Of a DNA stretch of 64,000 nucleotides, positions 10,246 to 19,266 are shown in pieces; positions within the stretch are counted from its first letter, which is position 1, and the number at the start of each line of letters is the position of its first letter. Position numbers and translations under genes: made by a program. The DNA lies in NCBI GenBank assembly GCA_965223855.1, contig CBDCXM010000009.1:3136001-3200000 (forward strand). Reading direction: 5' to 3'. The notes beneath the pieces are model-generated. The model saw only the letters and a program-made list of their open reading frames with translations, was not told the origin of the DNA and did no database searches. This stretch comes from Candidatus Multivoradales bacterium. Its GTDB lineage: Bacteria; Acidobacteriota; Thermoanaerobaculia; Multivoradales; JAHEKO01.

Positions 10246-11607
10246 ATGCGTTTCTCTTCGCGAGCTCTCGCCCTCGCACTCGTGGCCGTCGTCGCTCCCC
10301 TCGCCCTGCCGCTCGTCGGCCAGCAGCCGCCGGTCACCGAGACCGATCCGGGCGAAGAGGGAATCCGCATCCGCGTCGGCGAGGGGATGCGCGGGCAGTT
10401 CGCCCTCGCCTTCCCTGCCACCCGCTCGGCGCTGCCGACCTCGATGGCCGAGTCCGCCGGCACCGTCGACAGCACCGTGCGCCAGGACCTGCTGCGCAGC
10501 CGGGTGATCGCCATCCAGGGACAGCAGGAGCTCTCGGTCCTGCAGCTCACCGGGGACCGTGACCGTGACTACCAGCAGTATCGCTCGCTCGGCAACGAGC
10601 TGCTTCTGCAGATCGACGTGCTCGCCGAGGACGGTCAGGTGGTCGTCGAAGGGCGTCTCTTCGACCTCGGCACCGGCGACTCGCTGCTCGGCAAGCGCTA
10701 CCGCGGAGAAGCTTCGGTGGCCGGCCGGATGGCGCACTCGCTGGCGGACGAGATCATCCTCGTCCTCACCGGCCGCCGCGGCCTCGGCCTGACGACGATC
10801 GCGTTCTACTCCGACCGGCAGGCCCAGAACCAGATCAAGGAGATCTATCTGATGGACTCCGACGGGAGGAATCAGAGGGCGATCACCAATCACCGTACGG
10901 TGTCGCTCTCGCCCTCGTGGAGCCCGACCGGCACCGCCATCGCCTACACGTCGTTCTTCTCGAGCCTCCCGGGCGTCTACCTGGTCGACATGGCGAGCGG
11001 CCAGAAGAACCCGGTGGTGACACAGGGGAGCTTCAACGCCTCGCCGACGTTCTCTCCGGACGGCCGGCGGATCGCCTTCGCCCGCTCCGAGGGGGGCAAC
11101 ATCGAGATCTTCGTCACCGACGTCGGCGGCGGCAACCTGCAGCGGATCACCAACTCCCGGGGGATCGACACCAACCCCTCCTGGAGCCCCAACGGGCGCC
11201 AGATCGCCTTCACCTCCGACCGAGGCGGCAGTCCGCAGATCTACGTCATGGACGTCGACGGCACGGGGGTCCGCCGGATCTCGCGCGACGGTCGCTACAA
11301 CGACGGCGCGGCGTGGAGCCCCGACGGCGGCCGCATCGCCTACGCCCAGCGCGGCGCGATCGAGCGCTTCGACATCGTCGTCGTCGACGTCGTGACCGGC
11401 GAGAAGCGCGAGCTCACCAGCGGCCCGGGGAGCCACGAAACGCCGACCTTCTCGCCCGACGGGATGAAGATCGCCTTCGCCGGCAAGTACGGCTCGGGCA
11501 GCGGCGCGAACCAGATCTACGTGATGGACGCCGACGGCTCCAACGTCGTCCGGCTGACCAGCGAGGGCAACAATTTCTCTCCCTCGTGGTCCGGTTACGT
11601 CCCCTGA
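10246..11607 (+). CDS. tolB: TolB beta-propeller protein
   Basis: Signal peptide and repeated PSWSPxGxxIAF (PD40) motifs. Confidence 0.93.
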   Translation: MRFSSRALALALVAVVAPLALPLVGQQPPVTETDPGEEGIRIRVGEGMRGQFALAFPATRSALPTSMAESAGTVDSTVRQDLLRSRVIAIQGQQELSVLQLTGDRDRDYQQYRSLGNELLLQIDVLAEDGQVVVEGRLFDLGTGDSLLGKRYRGEASVAGRMAHSLADEIILVLTGRRGLGLTTIAFYSDRQAQNQIKEIYLMDSDGRNQRAITNHRTVSLSPSWSPTGTAIAYTSFFSSLPGVYLVDMASGQKNPVVTQGSFNASPTFSPDGRRIAFARSEGGNIEIFVTDVGGGNLQRITNSRGIDTNPSWSPNGRQIAFTSDRGGSPQIYVMDVDGTGVRRISRDGRYNDGAAWSPDGGRIAYAQRGAIERFDIVVVDVVTGEKRELTSGPGSHETPTFSPDGMKIAFAGKYGSGSGANQIYVMDADGSNVVRLTSEGNNFSPSWSGYVP

Positions 11608-11800
11608 TGGGGACGTTCGACGCCAAATCGGCACAGGATCGCAAAAACCCAACGATTGCCGACACTTACAGCTTGCTCCCCGTGTCGGCATTTGCTAAAG
11701 TCGCGCCGCCTGCAGGCAGGGTTGAAGTACGACGAGCCGGGCGGGAATCGCAAGGGCCGCTGCACGGTGCAGTGCCGTTGAAGCTGACAAGGAGATGGAC

Positions 11801-12370
11801 ATGAGCCGCAGAAGCATTCAGGTCGGGGGTGTGTTGGTCGTGGTCGCCATGATGATGGTCGGCTGTGGTGGGCCGAAGGAGCCGCCGATGGTCGAGCCGC
11901 CGGAAGAGCCCGTTGCCACCCAGCCTACGCAGCAGGTCGAAACACCGGCAGAGATGCCGATGGAAGACGACGGGCAGCCCGACTGGGAGAGCGGTGAGCT
12001 CGGAGTGCTCAATCAGTTCGCCCGCGACAACGGCCTGCTGGGAGACGTCTACTTCGCCTACGACCGTTCCGACCTCAGCCAGGAGGCGACCGACCGCCTG
12101 GCCGCCAACGCTGCCTTCATGCGCGACCATCCCAACCTGACCTTCACCATCGAGGGTCATTGCGACGAGCGCGGCACCAACGGCTACAACCTCGCCCTCG
12201 GTGACCGCCGTGCCTCGACCGCCTCGAGCTACCTCGGCTCGCTCGGCGTCGACGGCGGCCGCCTCAGCAGCGTCAGCTACGGCGAGGAGCGGCCGCAGTG
12301 CATGACCTCCGCCGAGTCCTGCTGGTCGCGCAACCGCCGCGCGCACTTCGTCATCACCGGGCGCCGGTAG
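11801..12370 (+). CDS. pal: Peptidoglycan-associated lipoprotein
   Basis: Lipobox MVGC, IEGHCDERGT, YNLALGDRRA, SYGEERP, NRRAHF. Confidence 0.95.
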   Translation: MSRRSIQVGGVLVVVAMMMVGCGGPKEPPMVEPPEEPVATQPTQQVETPAEMPMEDDGQPDWESGELGVLNQFARDNGLLGDVYFAYDRSDLSQEATDRLAANAAFMRDHPNLTFTIEGHCDERGTNGYNLALGDRRASTASSYLGSLGVDGGRLSSVSYGEERPQCMTSAESCWSRNRRAHFVITGRR

Positions 12371-12374
12371 CCCC

Positions 12375-13175
12375 ATGACCGCGCGCTGGAAGGCCTCGAT
12401 CGTCACTGCCGCCGTCGCCGTCGGCGCCGCCGGCTGTGTCGGCACGCAGGACATCGAGGCCATCCAGTCGCAGTTGCGCGACATCCAGCGCCAGGTCGCC
12501 TACCTCCAGCAGGAGAGTTCGAGCAAGGACGAGGTGGCACAGCTCGAAGCGAGCATCGAGAGTCACACCTCTGCACTCCTCAAGTCCGAGGCGGACGTGC
12601 AGGTCGGCTTGCAGCGGCTCTCCGACCAGATCGATCAGCTCGAAGCGAACCTCGCGGACACGACCTTCCGGCTCAACGACCTGTCGCAGCAGATCGCCGC
12701 CACCAACCAGGAGCTGCGCGCCGTGCGCAGTGCCGTCGGCAGCGGCGCGGTGCTCGGCGGGGGTGGGGGTGGCCCGGCAGTCGGTCCCGCGCCGGCACCG
12801 GCCGACCCGCAGCAGCTCTACGACGACGCCCGTGCCGACTACGTTCGCGGTAACTACGAGCTGGCGATTCTCGGCTTCTCGCAGTACCTCGAGGCGTTTC
12901 CCGACTCGGAACTCTCCGACAACGCTCGCTACTGGATCGGCGAATGCCAGTTCAGCCAGGGCAACTACCAGCAGGCGATCCGCGAGTTCGACCGCATCGC
13001 CCGTGACTATCCCCGTAGCGACAAGCTGGCGAGCGCCCTTCTCAAGAAGGGCTACGCCTATCTCCAGATGGGCAGGCTCGAAGAGGGCCGGATCCAGCTC
13101 AACAACGTCATCGATCAGTACCGGGGTTCCGACGAAGCCGAGCTCGCCCGCCAGCGACTCTCTTCCCTGCGCTGA
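12375..13175 (+). CDS. cpoB: Cell division coordinator CpoB (YbgF), coiled coil plus TPR
   Basis: Lipoprotein signal, coiled coil, TPR motif NARYWIGE; directly follows pal. Confidence 0.88.
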   Translation: MTARWKASIVTAAVAVGAAGCVGTQDIEAIQSQLRDIQRQVAYLQQESSSKDEVAQLEASIESHTSALLKSEADVQVGLQRLSDQIDQLEANLADTTFRLNDLSQQIAATNQELRAVRSAVGSGAVLGGGGGGPAVGPAPAPADPQQLYDDARADYVRGNYELAILGFSQYLEAFPDSELSDNARYWIGECQFSQGNYQQAIREFDRIARDYPRSDKLASALLKKGYAYLQMGRLEEGRIQLNNVIDQYRGSDEAELARQRLSSLR

Positions 13176-13202
13176 CCCCCCTCCGAATCGTGGGCGGTCG
13201 TC

Positions 13203-13232
13203 TTGACCGGCCCACCGAACCCCCCGTAGACT
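13203..13232 (+). promoter_or_regulatory. Putative sigma70 promoter of rpsT
   Basis: TTGACC-N18-TAGACT. Confidence 0.45.
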
Positions 13233-13314
13233 CCAGCGCCGCGCGACGAAGGCGCCTCCCCACCGGGGAGACCGCGACGCGGCACCCGAACCACGAGCTT
13301 CAGGAACACCAGTC

Positions 13315-13575
13315 ATGGCCAACATCAAGTCCGCAGAGAAGCGAATCCGCCAGACGGCCAAACGCCGCACCCGCAACCGCTACCACCGTTCGCGCATGCG
13401 CACGGCGATCAAGCAGCTCCGCTCGATGATCGACGAAGGTCGCGGCGACGAGGCGCGCAACGCCCTGGCCGGGACGCTCGCTCTGATCGACTCGACCGCC
13501 CAGAAGGGCGTCATTCACCGCAACGCAGCGGCCCGGACCAAGTCCCGCCTCACGCGTGCGGTGGGCGCGATCTAG
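13315..13575 (+). CDS. rpsT: 30S ribosomal protein S20
   Basis: MANIKSAEKRIRQ...KGVIHRNAAARTKSRL. Confidence 0.97.
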   Translation: MANIKSAEKRIRQTAKRRTRNRYHRSRMRTAIKQLRSMIDEGRGDEARNALAGTLALIDSTAQKGVIHRNAAARTKSRLTRAVGAI

Positions 13576-13661
13576 CCCGCTCGTTCCCGCAGCCCCGCGA
13601 CGAGCGCGGGCAGCCGCACATCGGCTAACCTCCTCCTGGATCCCATCCGGAGGTGCTGGCG

Positions 13662-14366
13662 ATGTTGATGAATCTCGTGCGCAGGCTCGAGGCGAAGTTC
13701 GATCCCGTCGAGGATGCCGGGCTGACCGTATTCCTGGCGCTCCTGTGCATCCTGTCCTTCGTTCTCCTGCCGGCGCTGGGCACCGAAGGGCCGCCGATGA
13801 GCTTCCTCATCTCCCTGGCGTACGGCGGCCTGCTCGTGCTTGGTGCCTTTCTCGGCGACCTGCCGGCTCGTTGGCGAGCGGTGGCCCTCGTGCTGGGAGC
13901 GGTCAGCGTCGGCCTCACCCTCGCTCGGGAGGTCTCTCCCCTGCCGGCGGTCCAGCTCGCCTACCTCGTGACGGGATTCATCTTCCTGGTTCTCGTCTGC
14001 GGCGCGATGCTCCGTCAGGTCTTCAAGCCGGGCGCCGTCAACTCGCATCGGCTCAGGGGGGCGTGCGCCGTCTATCTCCTGCTCGGCTTCGTCTTCGCCA
14101 TGGTGATCTCGATGGTCGAACAGACGGCGCCGGGAGCGTTCTCCGGCCTCGATGCTTCGGATGCCAACCACCTGATCCGGGACGCGGTCTACTTCAGCTT
14201 CGTCACCCTGACCACGCTGGGCTACGGCGACATCACCCCGACTTCCGATCTGGCCCGCTCGCTCGTGATCGTCGAAGCGGTCGCCGGCCAGCTCTTCCTC
14301 GCCATCCTGCTGGCGAGACTGGTCTCGATGTCGGTCGCCTCGGGCGGCGCCGGGGCGCGCGAGTAG
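13662..14366 (+). CDS. Potassium channel family protein (Ion_trans_2)
   Basis: Selectivity filter YFSFVTLTTLGYGDITP. Confidence 0.9.
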   Translation: MLMNLVRRLEAKFDPVEDAGLTVFLALLCILSFVLLPALGTEGPPMSFLISLAYGGLLVLGAFLGDLPARWRAVALVLGAVSVGLTLAREVSPLPAVQLAYLVTGFIFLVLVCGAMLRQVFKPGAVNSHRLRGACAVYLLLGFVFAMVISMVEQTAPGAFSGLDASDANHLIRDAVYFSFVTLTTLGYGDITPTSDLARSLVIVEAVAGQLFLAILLARLVSMSVASGGAGARE

Positions 14367-14373
14367 GGCTAGG

Positions 14374-14907
14374 CTAGAACCCTTCGAGGATGTCGATCAC
14401 GAGCGTCTGCGCAAAGTCTTCCGCGACGTCGATGATCGCCGTCTCCTCGAAGTCCAGCAGCTCCGCCGGGTCGAACTCGTACTGCTCGCGAAACTGGTAG
14501 TACGGCTGCTCCCAGATCACCTCTTCGCTCTGCGAACGCTTGAACGACATCGACGCGATGATCGTGATCTCGTACTCGCTCGCCCGGCCCTCCTCACCGC
14601 CGAAGAGCACCGGCCGGACCCTGAACGTGGTCACCGAACCGGCGAGCACGGCGTCGGCCTCGAACTCGTTGTTGACCAGCTCGAACTTCGGCCGACGGAG
14701 GAACTCGTCGTTGATCGCCTGAGTGAGCGTCTGGTCGACCTGCTGCCTCAGGGTGCGGTTCGTCAGCGGGCTGATGTAGATGTTCTCGATGTCCTCCGGC
14801 AGACTGCTGGTACGGCCCACGAGGCCGTAGCCGCAACCGAGTACCGACCCGCCCAGAACGACGGCGAGCAGGAGGGTGATCGAGCGTTCAAGAGCGCGTT
14901 TTTTCAC
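14374..14907 (-). CDS. lptE: LptE family LPS assembly lipoprotein
   Basis: Lipobox LGCGY and a C-terminal amphipathic helix ending ILEGF. Confidence 0.75.
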   Translation of the reverse strand: MKKRALERSITLLLAVVLGGSVLGCGYGLVGRTSSLPEDIENIYISPLTNRTLRQQVDQTLTQAINDEFLRRPKFELVNNEFEADAVLAGSVTTFRVRPVLFGGEEGRASEYEITIIASMSFKRSQSEEVIWEQPYYQFREQYEFDPAELLDFEETAIIDVAEDFAQTLVIDILEGF

Positions 14908-15416
14908 GACGTCGGCGTTTCCTTCGCTGAAGAGCCACTGGGTTGGGACGCCACGGAATCGGCGCCCGTCTCGAGCCGCCTGAGAATACCGTCGAGCAGC
15001 CCGTTGACGAAGCTTCCCGACTGCTCGGAGCCGTACTGCTTGGCGAGCTCGATCGCTTCGTCGAGGACGACGAGCGGCGGAACGTCGGTGCTCGCCAGCA
15101 GTTCGTAGACGGCGAGCCGGAGGATGTTGCGATCGACCGCCGGCATCCGCTCCAGGCGCCAGTTCGTCGCCTGGCCGCTGAGCCGCTCGTCGATCTCGTC
15201 GAGGCGCTCGAGCGCTCCGGTGACGAGGTCGGAGGCGAACGCGAACGCTTCTCGCAACCGCTCGGGAGAGCGAGGCGGCTGACCGGGCTCGGGCGCGAAC
15301 CCCTCGAACGGATCGAAGGCTGCGATCACCTGCACCGCGGAGCTGCCCCCGAGCTCGGCCTGATAGAGCATCCGCAGGGCCATCTCACGGCCCCATCGTC
15401 TCTTGCTGGCGGGCAT
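14904..15416 (-). CDS. nusB: Transcription antitermination factor NusB
   Basis: REMALRMLYQ, WRLERMPAVDRNILRLA, DEAIELAK, FVNGLLD. Confidence 0.95.
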   Translation of the reverse strand: MPASKRRWGREMALRMLYQAELGGSSAVQVIAAFDPFEGFAPEPGQPPRSPERLREAFAFASDLVTGALERLDEIDERLSGQATNWRLERMPAVDRNILRLAVYELLASTDVPPLVVLDEAIELAKQYGSEQSGSFVNGLLDGILRRLETGADSVASQPSGSSAKETPTS

Positions 15417-15578
15417 GCTCGTCTCGCGTCTCAAGGATCCGGCGAGGGCGCTGCAGGCGCCTTCGCACGCGAGCGGGAGTATATCCCCGTCCGATGCGCC
15501 GACCCGCCTCCTTCGCGCTGCCGTCGCCGGCGTCTACGCCTCTGCGGACGAGCCGGCCTGACAGGCTAGACTCGCCGC

Positions 15579-16328
15579 ATGTCGCAGCCAGCACCGGTCG
15601 CCGGAAACCGCCGGATCGCCATGTGGTCGGGACCTCGCAACATCTCGACGGCGATGTTGCGAGCCTGGGGGTCCCGCCACGATACGTGGGTCGTGGACGA
15701 ACCGCTCTACGCTCACTACCTCCGCACGACAGGAGCAGAGCATCCGGCGCGCGAGGAGATCCTCGAAGCGCAGGACCCCGACTGGAGGAACGTCGCCGCG
15801 ACGCTCACCGGGGAGATCCCCGAGGGGCGCGCCATCTGGTACCAGAAGCACATGGGGCATCACCTGACGGCGGACGTCGATCGAGAGTGGATCTACGAGC
15901 TGACGAACTGCTTCCTGATCCGCGAGCCGCAGGAGATGATCACCTCCTACATCAAGATCGTGCCGGAGCCGACGCCGTGGGACCTGGCCCTCCCCCAGCA
16001 GGTCGAGCTCTTCGAGGAGATCCGCTCGCGGACGGGCACGGTGCCGCCGGTGATCGACTCGCGCGACGTGCTGGAGGCGCCGGAACGCCTCCTGCGCCTG
16101 CTGTGCGAGGCGGTCGACGTCGACTTCGACCCCGTAATGCTCAGCTGGGAGCCCGGGCTGCGCGAAACCGACGGCGTCTGGGCCCCCCACTGGTACGACT
16201 CGGTGGCCGCCTCGACCACCTTCGGGCCGTACCGCCCCAAGGGAGAGCCGGTCCCGGCCTCCCTCGAGAAGGTGCACGAAGAGTGCGTCGGCTACTACGA
16301 TCGGCTCTATCGCCACCGCCTCCGCTGA
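15579..16328 (+). CDS. Sulfotransferase-like P-loop protein (the type found with class IV aminotransferases)
   Basis: MWSGPRNISTAMLRAW, DEPLYAHYL, YQKHMGHH, WAPHWYDSV. Confidence 0.8.
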   Translation: MSQPAPVAGNRRIAMWSGPRNISTAMLRAWGSRHDTWVVDEPLYAHYLRTTGAEHPAREEILEAQDPDWRNVAATLTGEIPEGRAIWYQKHMGHHLTADVDREWIYELTNCFLIREPQEMITSYIKIVPEPTPWDLALPQQVELFEEIRSRTGTVPPVIDSRDVLEAPERLLRLLCEAVDVDFDPVMLSWEPGLRETDGVWAPHWYDSVAASTTFGPYRPKGEPVPASLEKVHEECVGYYDRLYRHRLR

Positions 16329-16369
16329 CGCGGGGGACCTTGTGAATCCGCCAACGGGGGGCACCGTCC

Positions 16370-17278
16370 GTGCGACAGACGTTCCACTCTCAGAACTCCG
16401 ACCTGCTGATCAACATCAACGGCAAGCTCGAGCATCGCAACGAGGCCGGGATCAGCCCGTTCGACTCCGCCGTCCAGGGCGGTGACGCCGTCTGGGAAGG
16501 GCTCCGGCTTTACGAGGGCAGGATCTTCAAGCTCGACGAGCATCTGGCGCGGCTCGAGTCCTCGGCCAAGGCGCTCGCCTTCGCCGAGATCCCCGGCCGT
16601 GAGGAGATCGTCACCGAGATCCGTCGCACCCTCGAGGCCAACGACATGCGCGACGGCGTCCACATCCGCCTCACGCTGACCCGGGGGGTCAAGTACACGT
16701 CGGGGATGGATCCGCGTCTCAACGACGCCGGGCCGACCCTGATCGTGCTTGCCGAGTTCAAGCCTCCGGTCTACGACAAGGGGGGCGTGCGGCTCATCAC
16801 CAGCTCGTGGCGCCGGCCGGGCCCCGACGTGCTCGATCCGAAGATTCACAGCGCCAACCTGATCCAGTCGATCCTCGCCAAGATCGAGGCGAATCATGCC
16901 GGCGTGGACGACGCACTGATGCTCGACGGCCGCGGCTTCATCGCAGAGACCAATGCGACCCACTTCTTCGTCGTGCACGACGGCATCGTGTCGACCAGCC
17001 GCCTCGTCGCCTGCCCGGAGGGAGTGACCCGGGCGACCGTGCTCGAGCTGTGCGCCGGCCACGGCATCGAGGCGCGCGAGACGGACCTTTCGCTCACGGA
17101 GGCGTACCGCGCCGACGAGGCCTTCTGCACCGGCACGATGGGAGAGCTCGCCCCGGTCGTCGAGATCGACGGCCGCGCGATCGGCGGCGAAGCACCCGGC
17201 CCGGTCACCGGGCGACTCAGTGAGCTCTACGCCGATCTCACGGCCGGCAGCGGCACGCCGATCTTCGAAGCCCGATGA
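16370..17278 (+). CDS. Class IV PLP-dependent aminotransferase (BCAT/DAAT-like)
   Basis: GDAVWEGLR, KIHSANL, IAETNATHFF, PEGVTR, EAFCTGT. Confidence 0.92.
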   Translation: MRQTFHSQNSDLLININGKLEHRNEAGISPFDSAVQGGDAVWEGLRLYEGRIFKLDEHLARLESSAKALAFAEIPGREEIVTEIRRTLEANDMRDGVHIRLTLTRGVKYTSGMDPRLNDAGPTLIVLAEFKPPVYDKGGVRLITSSWRRPGPDVLDPKIHSANLIQSILAKIEANHAGVDDALMLDGRGFIAETNATHFFVVHDGIVSTSRLVACPEGVTRATVLELCAGHGIEARETDLSLTEAYRADEAFCTGTMGELAPVVEIDGRAIGGEAPGPVTGRLSELYADLTAGSGTPIFEAR

Positions 17279-18696
17279 ACGGGCGCTGGCCGCTCGAGCC
17301 CGACGAGCGACGGATGAGGGAGATGGTCGCGGCGGCGCTCGATCGCGTCGTCCAGCATCTGGTGACGCTGCCGAGTCAGCCCGGACACGTCGACACCACG
17401 GAAGCGATCGCCGCCTCGAAGGATCTGATCGAACCGATGCCCGCCGCCGGTGCGGACCTCGGGCGGCTGCTCGACGAGCTCTTCGACGACCACGCTCCAC
17501 GAAGCTTCACGACCCCGGGGCCCGGGTACCTCGCCTACGTGCCGGGAGGCGGTCTCTTTCACTCGGCCGTCGCCGACCTCGTCGCCGACGCTCTCAACCG
17601 CTACACCGGCGTCCTGGCGGCGGCTCCCGGCCTGGTGCAGCTCGAGCACAACGTCGTGCGGTGGTTCAACGAGATCATCGGCTACCCCGAGACCGCCGAA
17701 GGGATCCTCACCAGCGGCGGCTCGCTCGCCAATCTCAGCGGCATCGTCGCCGCCCGCAGCGCGCGCCTGGGAGAGGAGTTCCTCGACGGCGTGCTCTACG
17801 TCTCCGATCAGGCGCACCACTGCGTAGCGAAGGCCGCCCGCCTCGCCGGCTTCCCGCGACGCAGTCTTCGCAAGCTGCCGGTCGACGACAGCTTCCGGCT
17901 GCGGCCGGAGACGGTGGCCGAGGCCGTCGCCCGGGACCGGGAGCGGGGACTGCGCCCCTTCCTGCTCGTAGCGAGCGCCGGCACCACCAACACCGGAGCG
18001 GTCGATCCGTTGCCCGAACTCGCCGATCTGGCCGAGAGCGAGGAGCTGTGGTTCCACGTCGACGGCGCCTACGGAGGATTCTTCGCCATGACCGAGCGCG
18101 GGCGAGAGGCGCTGGCGGGCATCGAGCGGGCCGATTCGGTGGTCCTCGACCCGCACAAGGGTCTCTTCCTTCCCTACGGCACCGGAGCGCTGCTGGTGCG
18201 TGAGCGCGGCCACCTCGAGCGCGCCCACAGCGAGCGCGCCGACTACATGCCGCCGATGCAGGAGGATCCCGAGCTCGCCGACCCGTGTGAGATCTCGCCC
18301 GAGCTCTCCAAGCCGTTCCGCGGCCTTCGGGTGTGGCTGCCGTTCAAGATGGAGGGGGCCGAGGCGTTCCGTCAGGCACTCGACGAGAAACTCGACCTCA
18401 CGCGGTGGATCGAGCGCGAGCTGCGTGCGATCGCGCCTCTGGAGATCCTGGCCGCGGCCCAGCTCTCGACCCTCGCCTTCGCCGTGCGAGCCACCGACGC
18501 CGAGGAGGCGAACACCCTGACGCGAGAGCTTCACCGGCGGATCAACGACGCCGGCCGGGTCCATCTCACCGCCACCCGGCTCGGCGAGCGCTACGCCATC
18601 CGGATCTGCATCCTCTCCTTCCGCACCCACCTCGACCGGATGGAGGCTTGCCGAGACGACATCCTGGCGGCGGTGGAGGCGCTGGACCCAGCCTGA
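17275..18696 (+). CDS. Group II PLP-dependent (aromatic amino acid type) decarboxylase
   Basis: TSGGSLAN, AGTTNTGAVD, HVDGAYGG, DPHK (PLP lysine); overlaps the upstream stop (ATGA). Confidence 0.9.
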   Translation: MNGRWPLEPDERRMREMVAAALDRVVQHLVTLPSQPGHVDTTEAIAASKDLIEPMPAAGADLGRLLDELFDDHAPRSFTTPGPGYLAYVPGGGLFHSAVADLVADALNRYTGVLAAAPGLVQLEHNVVRWFNEIIGYPETAEGILTSGGSLANLSGIVAARSARLGEEFLDGVLYVSDQAHHCVAKAARLAGFPRRSLRKLPVDDSFRLRPETVAEAVARDRERGLRPFLLVASAGTTNTGAVDPLPELADLAESEELWFHVDGAYGGFFAMTERGREALAGIERADSVVLDPHKGLFLPYGTGALLVRERGHLERAHSERADYMPPMQEDPELADPCEISPELSKPFRGLRVWLPFKMEGAEAFRQALDEKLDLTRWIERELRAIAPLEILAAAQLSTLAFAVRATDAEEANTLTRELHRRINDAGRVHLTATRLGERYAIRICILSFRTHLDRMEACRDDILAAVEALDPA

Positions 18697-19014
18697 TCCG
18701 TCCGCCCCTCGGACACCGCGACGCGACACGGGCCCTGCGGCTCGTCACACGGAGCCGGGAGAGCCCTCCTCACCTCCCGTGCAGCCAGTCAGCGATCCTT
18801 GCGAAGGGCTTCGAGTACGACTCGGACTGCCGAGAGCGCCGCCTGTCGGGGAGGCCGCCGAGAGACAGGGGCATCTTGACGGCACCGCGCTGACGACCGT
18901 CCCGCGCCAGGTCGAAGCAGCTTGCGGAGCCTCACCTGGAAGGCGAGGGTACGCGCCACTGCCGACCTGCGTCGCAGTCGACGAAGACGCCCTCCCGGGG
19001 CGATGTCGACCGCC

Positions 19015-19215
19015 TCAGTCGTCGAGCCGCGTCGCGGTGACCTGGCGCTCCGGGCCCCACCCGTCGGAGACGACGCTGACCTCGACCTTCCACGGCCGGC
19101 AGCACACTTCGCAGTCCCAGACCATCTCTCCCTCGACGTCGGGCTCGACGGCGATGTCGACGACCTCGCCGCAGTAGGGGCAGAAGACCGTGAAGCTCTC
19201 GGCCTCGCCGTTCAC
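19015..19215 (-). CDS. CPXCG-motif cysteine-rich small protein
   Basis: CPYCGE...DCEVCCRP. Confidence 0.8.
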   Translation of the reverse strand: MNGEAESFTVFCPYCGEVVDIAVEPDVEGEMVWDCEVCCRPWKVEVSVVSDGWGPERQVTATRLDD

Positions 19216-19266
19216 GCCGCTCCCGCCAGGCCGTCCTGCCGGACACGACTCACCGAGGCGCCGCCG

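Noticed and set aside
16340-16360. Rex operator
   Set aside because: Only the half-site TTGTGAA is present, without the matching TTCACAA.
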